From: a virus
Lineage: Duplodnaviria; Caudoviricetes
IMG/VR virus record: IMGVR_UViG_3300047299_000042
Span: 941 to 64,940 of that record
DNA: 64,000 nucleotides
Direction: 5' to 3' (one strand)
In this document: piece after piece, positions 1-11,600 of the stretch
Position numbering within the stretch: position 1 is the stretch's first letter
How the letters are laid out: every line of letters begins with the position of its first letter
Position numbers and translations under genes: made by a program
Notes under the pieces: generated by a model
The model's input: only the letters and a program-made list of their open reading frames with translations
Told to the model about the DNA's origin: nothing
Databases searched by the model: none

Positions 1-2
1 TA

Positions 3-434
3 GTTGAATATCTTAACAGACCTGAGAAGGCTGAAATATTCTACGAGGATATGATTAAGCTTTGTCATTTCTTTGGATGCGAGATATTGTCCGAGGATAA
101 CAAAGTTGGCTTAATAAAATACTTTGAGTACAGAGGATATGAGAAGTTCTTAACTAAGATGCCTAATTCCAACAAGTATGGAATCTCGGCAACGGTTAAG
201 ACGCATCAGCAGATTGCAGAAGTTACCGAAAGCTACATTACAGAGAACGTAGAAAAGGTTATCTTTATGCGATTATTGCAAGACTGGTTAAAGTTTGATA
301 TTAACAAGACGACCAAGTTTGATGCCGCGATGGCATCTGGTTACACGTTAATACAGGCTAACAAGTCAAAATTTGTAGGAAAAGTAGAGCAAAAACAACA
401 TATTTACGACATAAGGGAGATATTCCCATTTTAA
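3..434 (+). CDS. terL: Terminase large subunit, C-terminal nuclease part (5' truncated by window edge)
   Basis: Frame is open from nt 3 (VEYLNRPEKAEIFYEDM...), has an E-x-N-like motif (EDNK) and a terminal FDAAMASG acidic motif, and lies directly upstream of the portal gene. The N-terminal part is at the other window end. Confidence 0.85.
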   Translation, partial: VEYLNRPEKAEIFYEDMIKLCHFFGCEILSEDNKVGLIKYFEYRGYEKFLTKMPNSNKYGISATVKTHQQIAEVTESYITENVEKVIFMRLLQDWLKFDINKTTKFDAAMASGYTLIQANKSKFVGKVEQKQHIYDIREIFPF

Positions 435-437
435 GCT

Positions 438-2738
438 ATGATGGAACAAGATGTACCAAAGAATGTAGACTTTCCAAGTCATTTAATTGACACAGATAAG
501 AAAGATAAGAACTGGATTGCCCAGTATATCAAAGCAGCTTGGAGAGATTTTGGGACTTACTATCCTAATCAATTATACAACGGTCGCGAGAATTACCACG
601 AGATTAAGCTGTATATGCTTGGCAAACAGTCAGTTAGTAGATATAAGAAGTTGGTTAACCCATCATCTACTGCAAACGAAGACCAATCTACTTCCAACAT
701 CAGCTGGGACATCTTACCTATCATCCCTAAGTTTCGTCGTATCGCGCTTGCTACATTAATGAAGTCAGACTTCAATATCTCTGTAGATGCAATTGACCCT
801 ATAGCACAAGACGACAAGAATAAATTCTACGCAGATAATGCTGCAAAATTAATCCTTAAAGAAGAATTTGAGAAGCAAGGTGTTGACCCTGAGTTAATTC
901 CTAACGCAGATATTGATGCGGCTAATCTTAAGGAGCTTGATATGTATATGAACTACTCATATAAGCATAGAATGGCTATTGAGATGGAGCAGGCTATTGA
1001 CCTTGTGTTGAATATGAATAACTTCCCACAAGAACGCGCATTAGTTATTGAAGACCTTCACGACTTTGGTATTGCAGGTTATAAAGAATACTTCGACGCT
1101 GCGGGCAACATTAAACTTCGTCGCGTAAATCCTTCTAATATGGTTATGTCTTATACGACTAATCCATCATTCAAGGATGTCCAGTATATGGGGGAGGTAG
1201 TAGAAATGACAATTGCTGACTTAAAAGAGTTAGCTGGAGACCAGATTTCTGCTGAGCAGTATGAAATGATTGCCGAGAAGTATACTAACAAATTAGGTAA
1301 TCCTACTTTAGTTAAGAACACTGGCTTCAATCAGACTCGTAACTATGATGGATTCCGTATCTCAGTACTTGACATTGAGTTCTACTCAGTTAACAGTATG
1401 ATTCTAGAAGAACGTGTTAACTCAAAAGGTAACGTTGTTGTAGGTCGTGCTTCCAAGATTAAAGGAAATCGCAAAGATAAAAAATATTCTAAGACAGACT
1501 ATAAGGTAGTTTATCAAGGCAAGTGGATTGTAGACAGCGACGTATTCTTTGATTGCAAGCTTGCTACAAATATGAAGCGCGCGAAGTCAGACTTGACTAA
1601 CACGACCTTATCTTACCACGTTGTGGCACCTAACATCTATCAGATGGTTACTTACTCGTTAGGTAGCCAAATGAAGGCTATTGCTGACCAGATTCAGTTG
1701 GCGTGGTACAAACTACAGAACGTGATGTTACGCGCGCGTCCTCGTGGTATTATGATTGAGATTGGTGCACTAGAGAGTGTGCCTATCGGTAAAGGTGGCA
1801 AGGCTCTTAAGCCAATGGAAATCATTGACTTATACAACCAGACAGGTAATTTAGTGTACCGAAGATTGTCTGAAGAGGGTAACGCGAGCAATTATAAGCC
1901 TATTGAGGAGCTTGATAATGGTATTGGTAATGAGGCAGTACAATATTTTAACATCATTACTAACAATATCCAGTTACTTCGCGACATTTTAGGATTTAAT
2001 GAAATTACAGACGGTTCAACACCTGACCCACGGACATTAAATGGTGTGGCGAAGTATGCGTCTGAATCTACTAACAACTCATTAGACTTTATTAAACGTG
2101 CTGAAAGAGAGTTACTAGAGAAATTATGCTACAGTCTAACGCTTCGTATCCAAGATTCTGCTGAGAATGGCACTATTGAAGGATATATTCGTGCTCTAGG
2201 CAGCTCGTCAGTACAGTTCTTTAAGTTAGACCCTAACACAAGCGCACACGAGTGCGGATTAGTTATTACCCAGAAGCCTACAGAGTTTGAGAAGGAGAAG
2301 TTTGCGCAACGAGTTAACCTTGCTATTCAATCTGGACAGATTACTTTAGCAGACGCTATTATGCTAGAGAACCTTGAGAATATGAAGTATGCTGAGGTGA
2401 TGCTTGCATACAAGATTAAACAGAATGAGGACGAAAAGCAGAAGAAGGCGTTAGAAATGCAGCAAATGAATGGTCAGATTCAGCAGCAATCAGCTCAGGC
2501 AGCGGAGGCAGCTAAGCAACAGACCCTTCAGATGGAAATTAACCTTAAGTCGCAGTATTTGCAGCTTGAAAAGCAACTTGAAGGACAGTTATTAGCTATG
2601 AAGTTGCAGAATGAGGCTATGATTGAGCAAGGAAAACTTGAGGGCAAGATTAATACGGCTAAGATTGAGGCAGACAGCCGAGAATATATTGCCCAGATTA
2701 AGAACAGCAAAAAGGAGCTTGGAAATAAGCAACAATAG
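438..2738 (+). CDS. Portal protein
   Basis: 766 aa, directly after TerL; LPIIPKF, DAIDP and LGFNEITDGS segments and a Gln-rich coiled-coil C-terminus as in large podovirus/crAss-type portals. Confidence 0.85.
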   Translation: MMEQDVPKNVDFPSHLIDTDKKDKNWIAQYIKAAWRDFGTYYPNQLYNGRENYHEIKLYMLGKQSVSRYKKLVNPSSTANEDQSTSNISWDILPIIPKFRRIALATLMKSDFNISVDAIDPIAQDDKNKFYADNAAKLILKEEFEKQGVDPELIPNADIDAANLKELDMYMNYSYKHRMAIEMEQAIDLVLNMNNFPQERALVIEDLHDFGIAGYKEYFDAAGNIKLRRVNPSNMVMSYTTNPSFKDVQYMGEVVEMTIADLKELAGDQISAEQYEMIAEKYTNKLGNPTLVKNTGFNQTRNYDGFRISVLDIEFYSVNSMILEERVNSKGNVVVGRASKIKGNRKDKKYSKTDYKVVYQGKWIVDSDVFFDCKLATNMKRAKSDLTNTTLSYHVVAPNIYQMVTYSLGSQMKAIADQIQLAWYKLQNVMLRARPRGIMIEIGALESVPIGKGGKALKPMEIIDLYNQTGNLVYRRLSEEGNASNYKPIEELDNGIGNEAVQYFNIITNNIQLLRDILGFNEITDGSTPDPRTLNGVAKYASESTNNSLDFIKRAERELLEKLCYSLTLRIQDSAENGTIEGYIRALGSSSVQFFKLDPNTSAHECGLVITQKPTEFEKEKFAQRVNLAIQSGQITLADAIMLENLENMKYAEVMLAYKIKQNEDEKQKKALEMQQMNGQIQQQSAQAAEAAKQQTLQMEINLKSQYLQLEKQLEGQLLAMKLQNEAMIEQGKLEGKINTAKIEADSREYIAQIKNSKKELGNKQQ

Positions 2739-2750
2739 TTTATACATTTG
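2719..2750 (+). promoter_or_regulatory. Bacteroidota-type promoter (TTG...TACATTTG)
   Basis: TAnnTTTG -7 box at 2743-2750 with TTG about 21 nt upstream, in front of the scaffold gene. Confidence 0.55.
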
Positions 2751-2772
2751 CATAACCAAACAATAATATAAT

Positions 2773-3849
2773 ATGGCAGAGCCAATTAACCTAGACGAAT
2801 TATTGTCTAAAGAAGAAACAATTGAGACACCAGAGGAAACATCAGAGACTTCCGAGGAAACTTCTAGCGCAGATGATAGCACTGAAGACCAAGGAACTGA
2901 TAATTCTAGTGAAGATAATGAGCCTCAGAACGTTGAGGCTTCAGTAGAAGATACCGAAACAGTAGTAACTGAGGACGGATATGCTGAAGAAACTGTAGTT
3001 CAAGAGACTGATACGACTCAGTCTGAAGAAACAGAAGGCACTCCAACTGAAGCACCTGCTGCTCAGTATAAATTTAAAGACCCGTTCATTGAGAAAGCTG
3101 TACAGTACTACGAGACGTATGGTACGCTTCAGCCTTTCTTGAGAGCAACCGAAGTCGACTATAATGAAATGTCTGACATTGAGGTACTTAAGGTTAAATT
3201 TGATGCAGAAAATGCAGACCTTAGTCCAAAAGCAAAGCAGAAGTTATTTGACAAGGAGCTAGAAAAGTACGGGCTAGATGCGTATGATGAAGAAGACCAA
3301 GAAGTCGGTCAAGCCTTACTAAAGCGAGATGCACAGAGGTTAAGAAAGACTTTCATAGAAGAGCAGATGCAATTCTTGAACAGTGTCCAATCACCACAAG
3401 CACAACCACAAGGTCCTTCGCAAGAAGAACTAGCTGCTCAACAAGAACAGAGCAGAAAAATTATTAGTGAAGGAGTTGCTGCCGTTATCAAGGACAACAT
3501 TATTAAAGTAGGGGCAAACGGAGAAGGTATTAATTACCAGATTCAAGACCCAAATGTTGTGGTTGACTACGCTATGGACTCGAACAAGTTCCTTTCCATC
3601 TTTGCAAAAGACGGAAGTGTTGATTGGGATAAGTGGACAAAAACAGTTGCATTCGCACAGAATCCAACTCAATTTATAAGCGAATTAATTAAACACGGCA
3701 AGTCTTTAGGACGCAAGGCTATGGAAGCGGAGCTAAAGAATGTCGTTCCTCCGACAGTAAACAAGACGGTTGTTGAGTCTAACAGTATTGAAAGACCATC
3801 AGATGACCCAATTGGATTCTTACAGGGAATGACTATTACAAAAAAATAG
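2773..3849 (+). CDS. Putative capsid scaffolding protein
   Basis: Very acidic disordered N-terminus, helical C-terminus, located between portal and capsid genes. Confidence 0.65.
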   Translation: MAEPINLDELLSKEETIETPEETSETSEETSSADDSTEDQGTDNSSEDNEPQNVEASVEDTETVVTEDGYAEETVVQETDTTQSEETEGTPTEAPAAQYKFKDPFIEKAVQYYETYGTLQPFLRATEVDYNEMSDIEVLKVKFDAENADLSPKAKQKLFDKELEKYGLDAYDEEDQEVGQALLKRDAQRLRKTFIEEQMQFLNSVQSPQAQPQGPSQEELAAQQEQSRKIISEGVAAVIKDNIIKVGANGEGINYQIQDPNVVVDYAMDSNKFLSIFAKDGSVDWDKWTKTVAFAQNPTQFISELIKHGKSLGRKAMEAELKNVVPPTVNKTVVESNSIERPSDDPIGFLQGMTITKK

Positions 3850-3875
3850 TGTTTAACAATTAAATTATTTTAAAA

Positions 3876-5207
3876 ATGGCTATTGGAGCAGGTAACATCG
3901 ACAGAACATTCTTGTCGACTGTATCATTCACAAACACGTTAGAGCAACGTGAAATTTTAAAGGACGTTTTAGACATATATGATGAGGAAGCGTCTATGTT
4001 GGATATCTTAGATTGGACAGGTAAGGCTAAGGCTTCTGCTCAAACTGAGTATTCTACAGTACAAAACAACTTCTTGTATGCAACTGCTACAGTTAAGACT
4101 CCAGGTTCTTCTGCGGGTGCTGCTGGTGCTTCAGTTGATATCACTTGCGTTGGCGCAACTTCTGTTAAGCCAGTAGTAGGTGAGTTAATCTTGTTTGCAA
4201 GTGGTGTTGTAGGTTATGTATCAGCTGTTTCTGCTGCTACAGACTTCGTTGTAACTGTTAAGCCTGTTAACTCTGCGGATTCTATCCCAGCGGTTGCTAC
4301 AGGAGCTAAGTTATCATTTATGTCTAACGCATATGCGGAAGGAACTGGTTCTAACCAAATGCGTAAGTCTGACTTGATTAAGCGTTCTAACAAGTTGCAA
4401 ATCTTTAAAACTAAAACTTCTATCACAGATATCGCTTACGGTTCTAAGATTGAGGTTGAGTTTAAGGGTAAGCCTTACTACTTCTTAAAGCAACAACACG
4501 ATGCATATTTAAAGCACCGTATGGATATCCTTTATGCTATCTTGTTCGGTCGTGAGTCTGCAGGTTTAACTGATGCTGCTGGTAACGCTATCAACACAAC
4601 TCGTGGTTTACGCGATACTATTGCTAACGCAGGTGGTATTTCTGCTTCTACAGCAACTGCTAATACTTTTGAATTGTCTGACATTGCTACATTATCTCGT
4701 TTAATGGATGCAAATCGTTGCCCTTCAGAGTATCAATTATGGGCTGGTGCTGATTTTGACAATGCTTTTGACACTCAAATGTTAAGCAAACCATTGTTCG
4801 TTAACGGAGCTGTTAATTATGCTTCATTTGGTGGTAAGAAAGACATTGCAATCGCAATGGGTATTAGCTCATTCTCTGCATACGGACGTACTTTCCACAA
4901 GAAGCGTTTAAATGCATTATCTCACCCTCAAGTAACTTCAGTTGGCGGTGCTACTACATTCACTAAAGAATCTTACTTAGTTCCTGCTGGAAAGATTAAG
5001 GTTGAGCAAGGTGGTGGTCAAGTAGACCGTATGATGTTACGTTACTTAGAGATGCCAGATGGCGTTAACTCTCGCTTCCGTGAGAAGATGTTGGGTGGTC
5101 TTGCACCAACTCCAACTTCAGACACTGATACTTTAGATATCGTGTACACTTCAATCGAAGGTTTAGAGACAGTAGGTAACGAGCACTTCGTTAAGTTCTC
5201 TATCTAA
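3876..5207 (+). CDS. Major capsid protein
   Basis: 443 aa, strong high-expression codon bias (GCT/ACT/TCT/GGT), N-x-x-QIFK and TRGL segments typical of HK97-fold MCPs, followed by a terminator. Confidence 0.85.
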   Translation: MAIGAGNIDRTFLSTVSFTNTLEQREILKDVLDIYDEEASMLDILDWTGKAKASAQTEYSTVQNNFLYATATVKTPGSSAGAAGASVDITCVGATSVKPVVGELILFASGVVGYVSAVSAATDFVVTVKPVNSADSIPAVATGAKLSFMSNAYAEGTGSNQMRKSDLIKRSNKLQIFKTKTSITDIAYGSKIEVEFKGKPYYFLKQQHDAYLKHRMDILYAILFGRESAGLTDAAGNAINTTRGLRDTIANAGGISASTATANTFELSDIATLSRLMDANRCPSEYQLWAGADFDNAFDTQMLSKPLFVNGAVNYASFGGKKDIAIAMGISSFSAYGRTFHKKRLNALSHPQVTSVGGATTFTKESYLVPAGKIKVEQGGGQVDRMMLRYLEMPDGVNSRFREKMLGGLAPTPTSDTDTLDIVYTSIEGLETVGNEHFVKFSI

Positions 5208-5222
5208 TTCTAAGATGGATAC

Positions 5223-5258
5223 AAAGAGAGGGGGAGTAATCCTCCTCTTTTTTGTTTT
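5223..5258 (+). terminator. Intrinsic terminator after MCP
   Basis: AAAGAGAGGGGGA-GTAA-TCCTCCTCTTT hairpin followed by a T-tract. Confidence 0.75.
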
Positions 5259-5270
5259 AAGAATTATTGA

Positions 5271-5278
5271 TACATTTG
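5271..5278 (+). promoter_or_regulatory. Bacteroidota -7 box TACATTTG
   Basis: Exact TAnnTTTG between the terminator and the next ATG; context TACATTTGC.TAACCAAACA matches the one at 2743. Confidence 0.55.
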
Positions 5279-5299
5279 CGTAACCAAACAAAATAAAAA

Positions 5300-6115
5300 A
5301 TGAAAGCATCAGAGTATAATCTTTTCTCAGAAAAGATGGTCAGAAAGCTAGGGGCAAGAGAAAGAGCAACATACAGGTTGCATAATGTCAGAAATGACCC
5401 AGATAACCCAGGCAGATTATTAGTACCTTCAGCAGAGTTAATTCGGTCTACAGATGAAATTATAGACCAAGGTACAGGTGAGTTTGTTAGAATTGCAGCT
5501 ATTGAGCGTGCAAATGCTGATGGAACACCAGAATTTATTAGCATTGTCTTTAGTGCACAAAACTTAGGATATCTTTTCTTAGATGGAGGGAACCCTGTTC
5601 ATCAAAGAATATACCAATTCTTAGAGTTATGTAATGAGAACTCTTCTAATCCTAATAGAAACCAAGATGTTCCTGCGATTTTTTACCGTGTAGATGCTCA
5701 AAAAGAAGCTAAAAGCGAAAGAAACTTGCGTAAATTAATTGTAAAAGCAATTAACTTAGCACTAGATTTAGATGACACCAAGGCAAGAGAAGTTGCTCTG
5801 GCACTTGGTATTGACGCAGAGTCTAATGAGGAGCTGCGTAATGAGCTAGAAGATTACGCTGGAGACTATCCAGAAGAGTTCTTAGAAGTAGTTGAGCGCG
5901 CTTCATTAGCGAATGAGACTGCGTTAAAAGATGCTGTTAAGAAAAATATTATTAAGAATGATGTGAATGCATCGTGCTTTAAATGGGTTGAGACAGGAAA
6001 AGTAATTTACTCTTACACAAAAGGTAAGGATAAGAATTACTTTAAGGAATTAGCCGACCACTTAGTAGAAACAAATCAAGATGAGCTTGAAGCCATCAAG
6101 AGCCGATTAGGCTAA
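5300..6115 (+). CDS. Hypothetical protein downstream of MCP (head-associated or assembly protein)
   Basis: 271-aa ORF with its own promoter and terminator; function inferred from position only. Confidence 0.5.
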   Translation: MKASEYNLFSEKMVRKLGARERATYRLHNVRNDPDNPGRLLVPSAELIRSTDEIIDQGTGEFVRIAAIERANADGTPEFISIVFSAQNLGYLFLDGGNPVHQRIYQFLELCNENSSNPNRNQDVPAIFYRVDAQKEAKSERNLRKLIVKAINLALDLDDTKAREVALALGIDAESNEELRNELEDYAGDYPEEFLEVVERASLANETALKDAVKKNIIKNDVNASCFKWVETGKVIYSYTKGKDKNYFKELADHLVETNQDELEAIKSRLG

Positions 6116-6152
6116 ATCCGACAACAGGATTGATTTGTTTGGTTGGGTTAAT

Positions 6153-6189
6153 AAGAAGGCGTTACATATTGTAACGCTTTTCTTTTTTT
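6153..6189 (+). terminator. Intrinsic terminator
   Basis: AAGAAGGCGTTACA-TAT-TGTAACGCTTTTTCTT hairpin plus T-tract. Confidence 0.8.
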
Positions 6190-6238
6190 AAAGCAATATA
6201 AAATATCGTATATTTGAACAAATTATCCTAAGCTGGTT

Positions 6239-7474
6239 ATGGCTATAAATTTTAATGCCCAATTTATTGTAAACGAGAAGACTTCGACAAGGGTGTTACG
6301 CCTAACCGATACCTCCTCAGGGTTTACTTTAGCAAAGGGTAACTTCTCGGTAACATTCCCTGATGGTTCTCAGGTTCTTCATACAGACTTTATCTCGCCC
6401 GATATTACCGCTCCAGGTGGCTCAATTGATATATCGCTATTGACTAGTATTAGTAACGAAGTTTTAACAGGCAACTATACAATTAATTTCGTTGCACAAA
6501 ACGGTTCTGCTACAGAATATACTCTGCAAAGAACCTTCGACTTCAACTGGACAAAGCCAACTAAGGCTATAACAAACCAGTCTGATGTGATGGTGCCTGA
6601 TATCAGATTCGTAGATTCAACACCTTACGAAACATCTGGTAATTTTACAGGCGTACTGACTAGAGACTTCTATACGTACACTCCTGCAGGAAGCGAGGTT
6701 GGAGCATTGAAGAAACAAAGCGTAGGAGACGTTTTAACGCCCTCTCACAGCTCGAAATACTACGAGGGTATATATTTGGTCAACTCGGATATTTCCGTTG
6801 CTTATACGCACTCTTCTTACAGTTGGTTGACAGTAAGCTATGTCGACTTATTGCAAGAGACTTATGACATCAGAGAGGCTCCTACTCAAGATGAGTTGGT
6901 TGCCTTGATGAATACTTACAAGGACCAGATTGAATCCTACAAAACTACTAATCCTGATGAGTACGAAAGACGTAATGAGGAGTATGACTTAGTAGTTGGA
7001 TTGTATTCTCACTTGATTGCGCGTTACGAGACAGGAACACTAGATGGGTGTAAGCCTATACTAGACCAGATACTTGGTTTATTGCCTCCGCAAAACCCAT
7101 ATACTTACAAGGCAACACAGATGTTGCCATTTACTTTAAACGTAGCAAATAACACTGCGTTTATTGTGTCTGATGGCGTAAATAGCGATAGCATACTTAC
7201 TGGCGAAACGTTGCTTGTTGAATCAGCAAACTCTGGATTAGCCATTGCAGTAAGCAATAATAAACTTACTTTTACAGCGAAATTAGGATATGTGTTTACG
7301 CAGTCCACTCCAGCGGCTGTCTGGACAATTAACCACGATTTAGAGAAATATCCTTCCGTTAGCATAGTAGATTCTGCAAATGATGAAGTTATAGGGGAGG
7401 TTAACTATACAAGTACAAGTCAAGTAGTAATAACATTCTCCGCAGCATTTAGCGGCAAGGCATTTTTAAATTAA
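6239..7474 (+). CDS. Virion structural protein (tail hub/fibre-attachment like)
   Basis: Beta-rich; C-terminal WTINHDLEKYPSVSIVD...FSGKAFLN domain typical of tail-associated proteins; TATATTTG box at 6209-6216 upstream. Confidence 0.6.
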   Translation: MAINFNAQFIVNEKTSTRVLRLTDTSSGFTLAKGNFSVTFPDGSQVLHTDFISPDITAPGGSIDISLLTSISNEVLTGNYTINFVAQNGSATEYTLQRTFDFNWTKPTKAITNQSDVMVPDIRFVDSTPYETSGNFTGVLTRDFYTYTPAGSEVGALKKQSVGDVLTPSHSSKYYEGIYLVNSDISVAYTHSSYSWLTVSYVDLLQETYDIREAPTQDELVALMNTYKDQIESYKTTNPDEYERRNEEYDLVVGLYSHLIARYETGTLDGCKPILDQILGLLPPQNPYTYKATQMLPFTLNVANNTAFIVSDGVNSDSILTGETLLVESANSGLAIAVSNNKLTFTAKLGYVFTQSTPAAVWTINHDLEKYPSVSIVDSANDEVIGEVNYTSTSQVVITFSAAFSGKAFLN

Positions 7475-7482
7475 CATAAGCA

Positions 7483-8691
7483 ATGGCAAAGAAGTTTTTA
7501 ACCAGTTTAGATTTAACCAAGAATCAGATATTAAACGTCGCGATTCAGAATCTATCATCAGCTCCATCTTCTCCTGTAGCAGGACAAGTGTATTTTAATA
7601 CAACTGATGCGCACTTATATTTCTATAATGGTACTGCGTGGGTTGACGCTTCTGGAGACATCTCTGCTGTTGTAGCAGGTGCTGGTTTAGGCGGAGGCGG
7701 AACTACAGGTTCTGTTACATTAGACATCAACGTAGATAATGCTACGATTGAAATCTCAGCTGATGCTATTCAGGTTAAAGACCTAGGTATCACAACTGCT
7801 AAATTAGATAATGGTGCTGTTACTACTGTTAAGATTGGTGGCAACCAGGTTACTTTTGCTAAGATTCAAACCATTGCAAGCGGGAAGTTATTAGGTAACG
7901 TATCTGGTTCAACAGGAGACGTTGCTGAGGTTGATATTGTTACAGATACTAACCTAACAGGCGCTGCTAACTCAAACATTCCTTCTGCTGCTGCTGTTAA
8001 GGCTTATGTTGACGCTGCAACAGGTGGCTTAGGCAACTTAGAAGGAGGTTGGGATGCTTCAATCGGTGTCTTCCCTACTGGCTCCACTCCTGTATCAGGA
8101 ACAAAAAAAGGAGACTATTGGTATGTTAGTTTTGGTGGCACAGTAGGCGGAGTGGCGTTTAATATTGGGGATGTTATTATTGCAAGAGTAGATAATGCGT
8201 CTGCAACTGTAGCCTCAGATTGGATTCAGTTAGAAGTTAACCGCGACCAAGCTACTGAGTCTACCTTAGGTTTAGTAACGTTAGCTACACAAACTGAAGT
8301 TAACACAGGAACTAACACAACAGATGCAGTAACCCCAGCTACATTAGCAGGTCGTACAGCTACAGAGACTCGTTCTGGTATTGCAGAAATTGCAACACAA
8401 ACTGAAGTTAACACAGGTACTGACGATGCAACAATCGTTACTCCTTTAAAATTAAAGACGTTATTAGATAATCGCACAGGTGGTTATGCTGCTAACGTAG
8501 GAGATGGTACTGCGACTTCATTTGCTTTAACACACGGATTAGGAACAAGAGATGTTGTTGTAGCAATCTATGACAACTCAACATACGAAGAGGTAATCAC
8601 TGATGTGGTTCTTACTTCAACTTCTGTAGTTACTGTGACATTTGCAGTAGCTCCAGCTTCAAACGCATACAGAGTAGTTATTAAAAAATAA
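7483..8691 (+). CDS. Tail fibre protein
   Basis: Gly/Thr/Ala-rich; AVKAYVD motif and two ATQTEVNTGT...VTP repeats typical of fibre shafts. Confidence 0.75.
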   Translation: MAKKFLTSLDLTKNQILNVAIQNLSSAPSSPVAGQVYFNTTDAHLYFYNGTAWVDASGDISAVVAGAGLGGGGTTGSVTLDINVDNATIEISADAIQVKDLGITTAKLDNGAVTTVKIGGNQVTFAKIQTIASGKLLGNVSGSTGDVAEVDIVTDTNLTGAANSNIPSAAAVKAYVDAATGGLGNLEGGWDASIGVFPTGSTPVSGTKKGDYWYVSFGGTVGGVAFNIGDVIIARVDNASATVASDWIQLEVNRDQATESTLGLVTLATQTEVNTGTNTTDAVTPATLAGRTATETRSGIAEIATQTEVNTGTDDATIVTPLKLKTLLDNRTGGYAANVGDGTATSFALTHGLGTRDVVVAIYDNSTYEEVITDVVLTSTSVVTVTFAVAPASNAYRVVIKK

Positions 8692-8694
8692 TAG

Positions 8695-11600
8695 ATGACT
8701 AAGTTTTTAAATAATGCTGATATAAAAGGTTATATCGCCCAAACGGCTGTAACCTCATATTTGCTAAAGGCAGACTCTACTGGTAGATTAGTTGCTGCTA
8801 TAGCGGGAACGGATTATCAAGCTCCTACTACAGCATTGTTGCCATCTGGCGGAACTGCAGGTCAGATTCTTGCTAAGATTGACGGGACTAACTACAATAC
8901 TCAATGGATTGATAATTATACCCCTCAAGTAAAGCACGACGTTAAATTAGGGGCTGCCTTATCTAAGGGTACCCCTGTTTATGTTTCTAATGCCAACGGC
9001 ACCAATATGATTGTTTCTGCGGCATCTAATGCTTCGGAGGCTACTTCATCTAAGACGCTTGGTTTATTGGAATCTGGAGGCGTTCTAAATGATACTGTTA
9101 AGGTAGTTACAGAAGGTTTACTTGCAGGCTTAGACACGTCAACTGCTACAGCGGGAGACCCTGTGTGGTTAGGACCTTCTGGTACGTTATTGTACGGATT
9201 AGCGAACAAGCCAGTTGCACCTGTTCATATGGTGTTTATTGGTATTGTGACGCGTGTGCAATCTAACAATGGCGAAATCTTTGTTAAAGTACAAAACGGG
9301 TTTGAGTTAGAAGAACTACATAACGTAGCTCTTTCTTCTGTTGCAGATGGGCAAGGGTTGTTTTATGAATCAGCAACAAACCTTTGGAAGAATAAGACTA
9401 TTGCAGCGGTACTTGGTTATACGCCAGCTAATGGTGCAAATTACCTTCCATTAACTGGTGGAACGCTAACAGGAGCTTTAAGCGGTACGAGTGCTACGTT
9501 TAGTGGTTTAACGGTTGATAATAATCAAAATGCTTCTACTTGGATAATTGCTAAAAATCAGAATGCTGGCTCAGGTGCTGCTGCTGGATTCTTAATGACT
9601 AATAATACTGGAGATTTGGGAGCTATTAGTTTACTTTCAAGTGGTAACTCCCCAGCAAATGGTTTATTTATTAGAACATTAAGTACAAACTCATTAATTC
9701 TAGGAACTAATAGCACTGCAAATTTAACTATTGCAAATGGAGGAGCCACCACGTTTAGCTCTAGTGTTACGGCGACGAAATTAGCTTTAAATACTACGGT
9801 TTCTTCTAGTACATTAGAGGTTTTAGGCACAAATAGTCAATGGGCTGGAAGTTTTACGGGAAATTCTTCTGCTAGTAGTTCTTATGGTGTTGTTGTAGTA
9901 GCAGGAACTAATTCAAATGATATTGCTTTTAGAGTTAATAATGCCGCTAACTCTTCAACATATTTTAATGTTAGAGGAGATGGCAACGTCGGCATAGGGA
10001 CTACTTCGCCAGCAGGAAAATTATCTACATATGGAGGCGAAATTGGTACTCAGATTACATTTACTAAAGATTCGCCATCTGGAGCATACGGAAGACTAGG
10101 TCAAGATTCAAATGGTACATTCTTAACTCAGAATGCTAAGTGGGATGGAACTTCTTGGACACGCGATAATACAGGCGGAGTTCCAATGGCTCTTGCTTTG
10201 CATAATGGTAATGGAAGATATGAGTTCAGAATAGCAGCTAATGGTGCTAATCCAATATCTTGGACTAATGCATTGGTAATTGAATCCAATGCGGCAGCTA
10301 CGTTTGCGGGTAGTCTAACTGCAAATGGAACCTTTAATTTTGCTGCAACTGGAAATGTTTTATTTACGTCTAATGATGCCAATAACTACGCTAGATTTAC
10401 TGGTAATTCAGCGAGTGCTCAAATAGGTTTATTCAGAGCGTCTGATGGAGGTATGTATATTGGTGGGGCTGCTGCTGGGTTTAGAGTATTTGATTCTAGC
10501 TTTAATACAAGATTACTTTTAGCTCCAGGAGGTCAGCTGCAATTAAACACATACACCTCCGCAACATCTTACTCTGGCACCGCCGCAGGATATCTAGCAT
10601 TTGATTCTTCTGGGAATGTTATAACGGTAGCAGGTGTTGCAGCAACGGATAATACTAAGTTGCCGTTAGCTGGTGGGACGATGACTGGTGCTTTAGTTGT
10701 TTCGGCTGGAGATAGAGGTTTTGAAGTAAATGCATCTGGTGGTATATCATTGTACTCTAACGAAATTAATGCAGGTGCTCTTGGTGGTACAGGCACTATT
10801 TATTTAGGATGGAGAAGAACATCTCAAATTAATGTAGGTGTACCTATTTCTTCTAATAGTACAATTGCCGCAATAGGAGCTATATCAACTACTGTGGCAG
10901 CTAGTGCTTGGGGATTCTTAGCTACTACATCTGGATATAGCAATGGTTCTGGTATTTGGTTTTCAACTAATGTTGGAGAGTTGTTGTTAAGAAAAGCTGA
11001 TGGTACATTATCTACTAGAATATCAGCTGATGGAACAAATGCTTTTATAAATAACAATAATATTCTTCACGCAGGTAACTATAACTCTTATTCTCCAACA
11101 TTAACAGGAGGAGGAGCAAGTGGTACTTGGGGGATTAATGTTACAGGTTCTTCTCGTTCATTATTATTTAGTGGAGACTCAGCTAAAGCATTTTTAGATG
11201 GTTTATGGGCTGGAGGAGGCTCTTATCCTGGATATCAATTCACTGGAGGGAACTCTCGATTTGGATTTAGTTCAACAGGAGGGGTGGTTGATGTTTATGC
11301 TGATGGAAACTTTTATGCGACAGATAGTAGTCATTTAGTTTTACACGCAGGAAATTATAACTCATATTCGCCTACATTAACTGGAGGAGGTGCTAGTGGC
11401 ACTTGGGGAATAAATATTTCAGGAACTGCAACTTATGCAAATAATGCAAGTGGAGGATTTACTAATACAGGTACACACGGTTCATCTTTTATTCAAAATG
11501 AATTACCAGCTTCCGCTAATGGAGCTGGAACAGGAAGAGTAGTTTTGAGACAATGGTGCTCTGAGCCTGGAGTTACTTGGGACTGGGCGGGCTTTGGATA

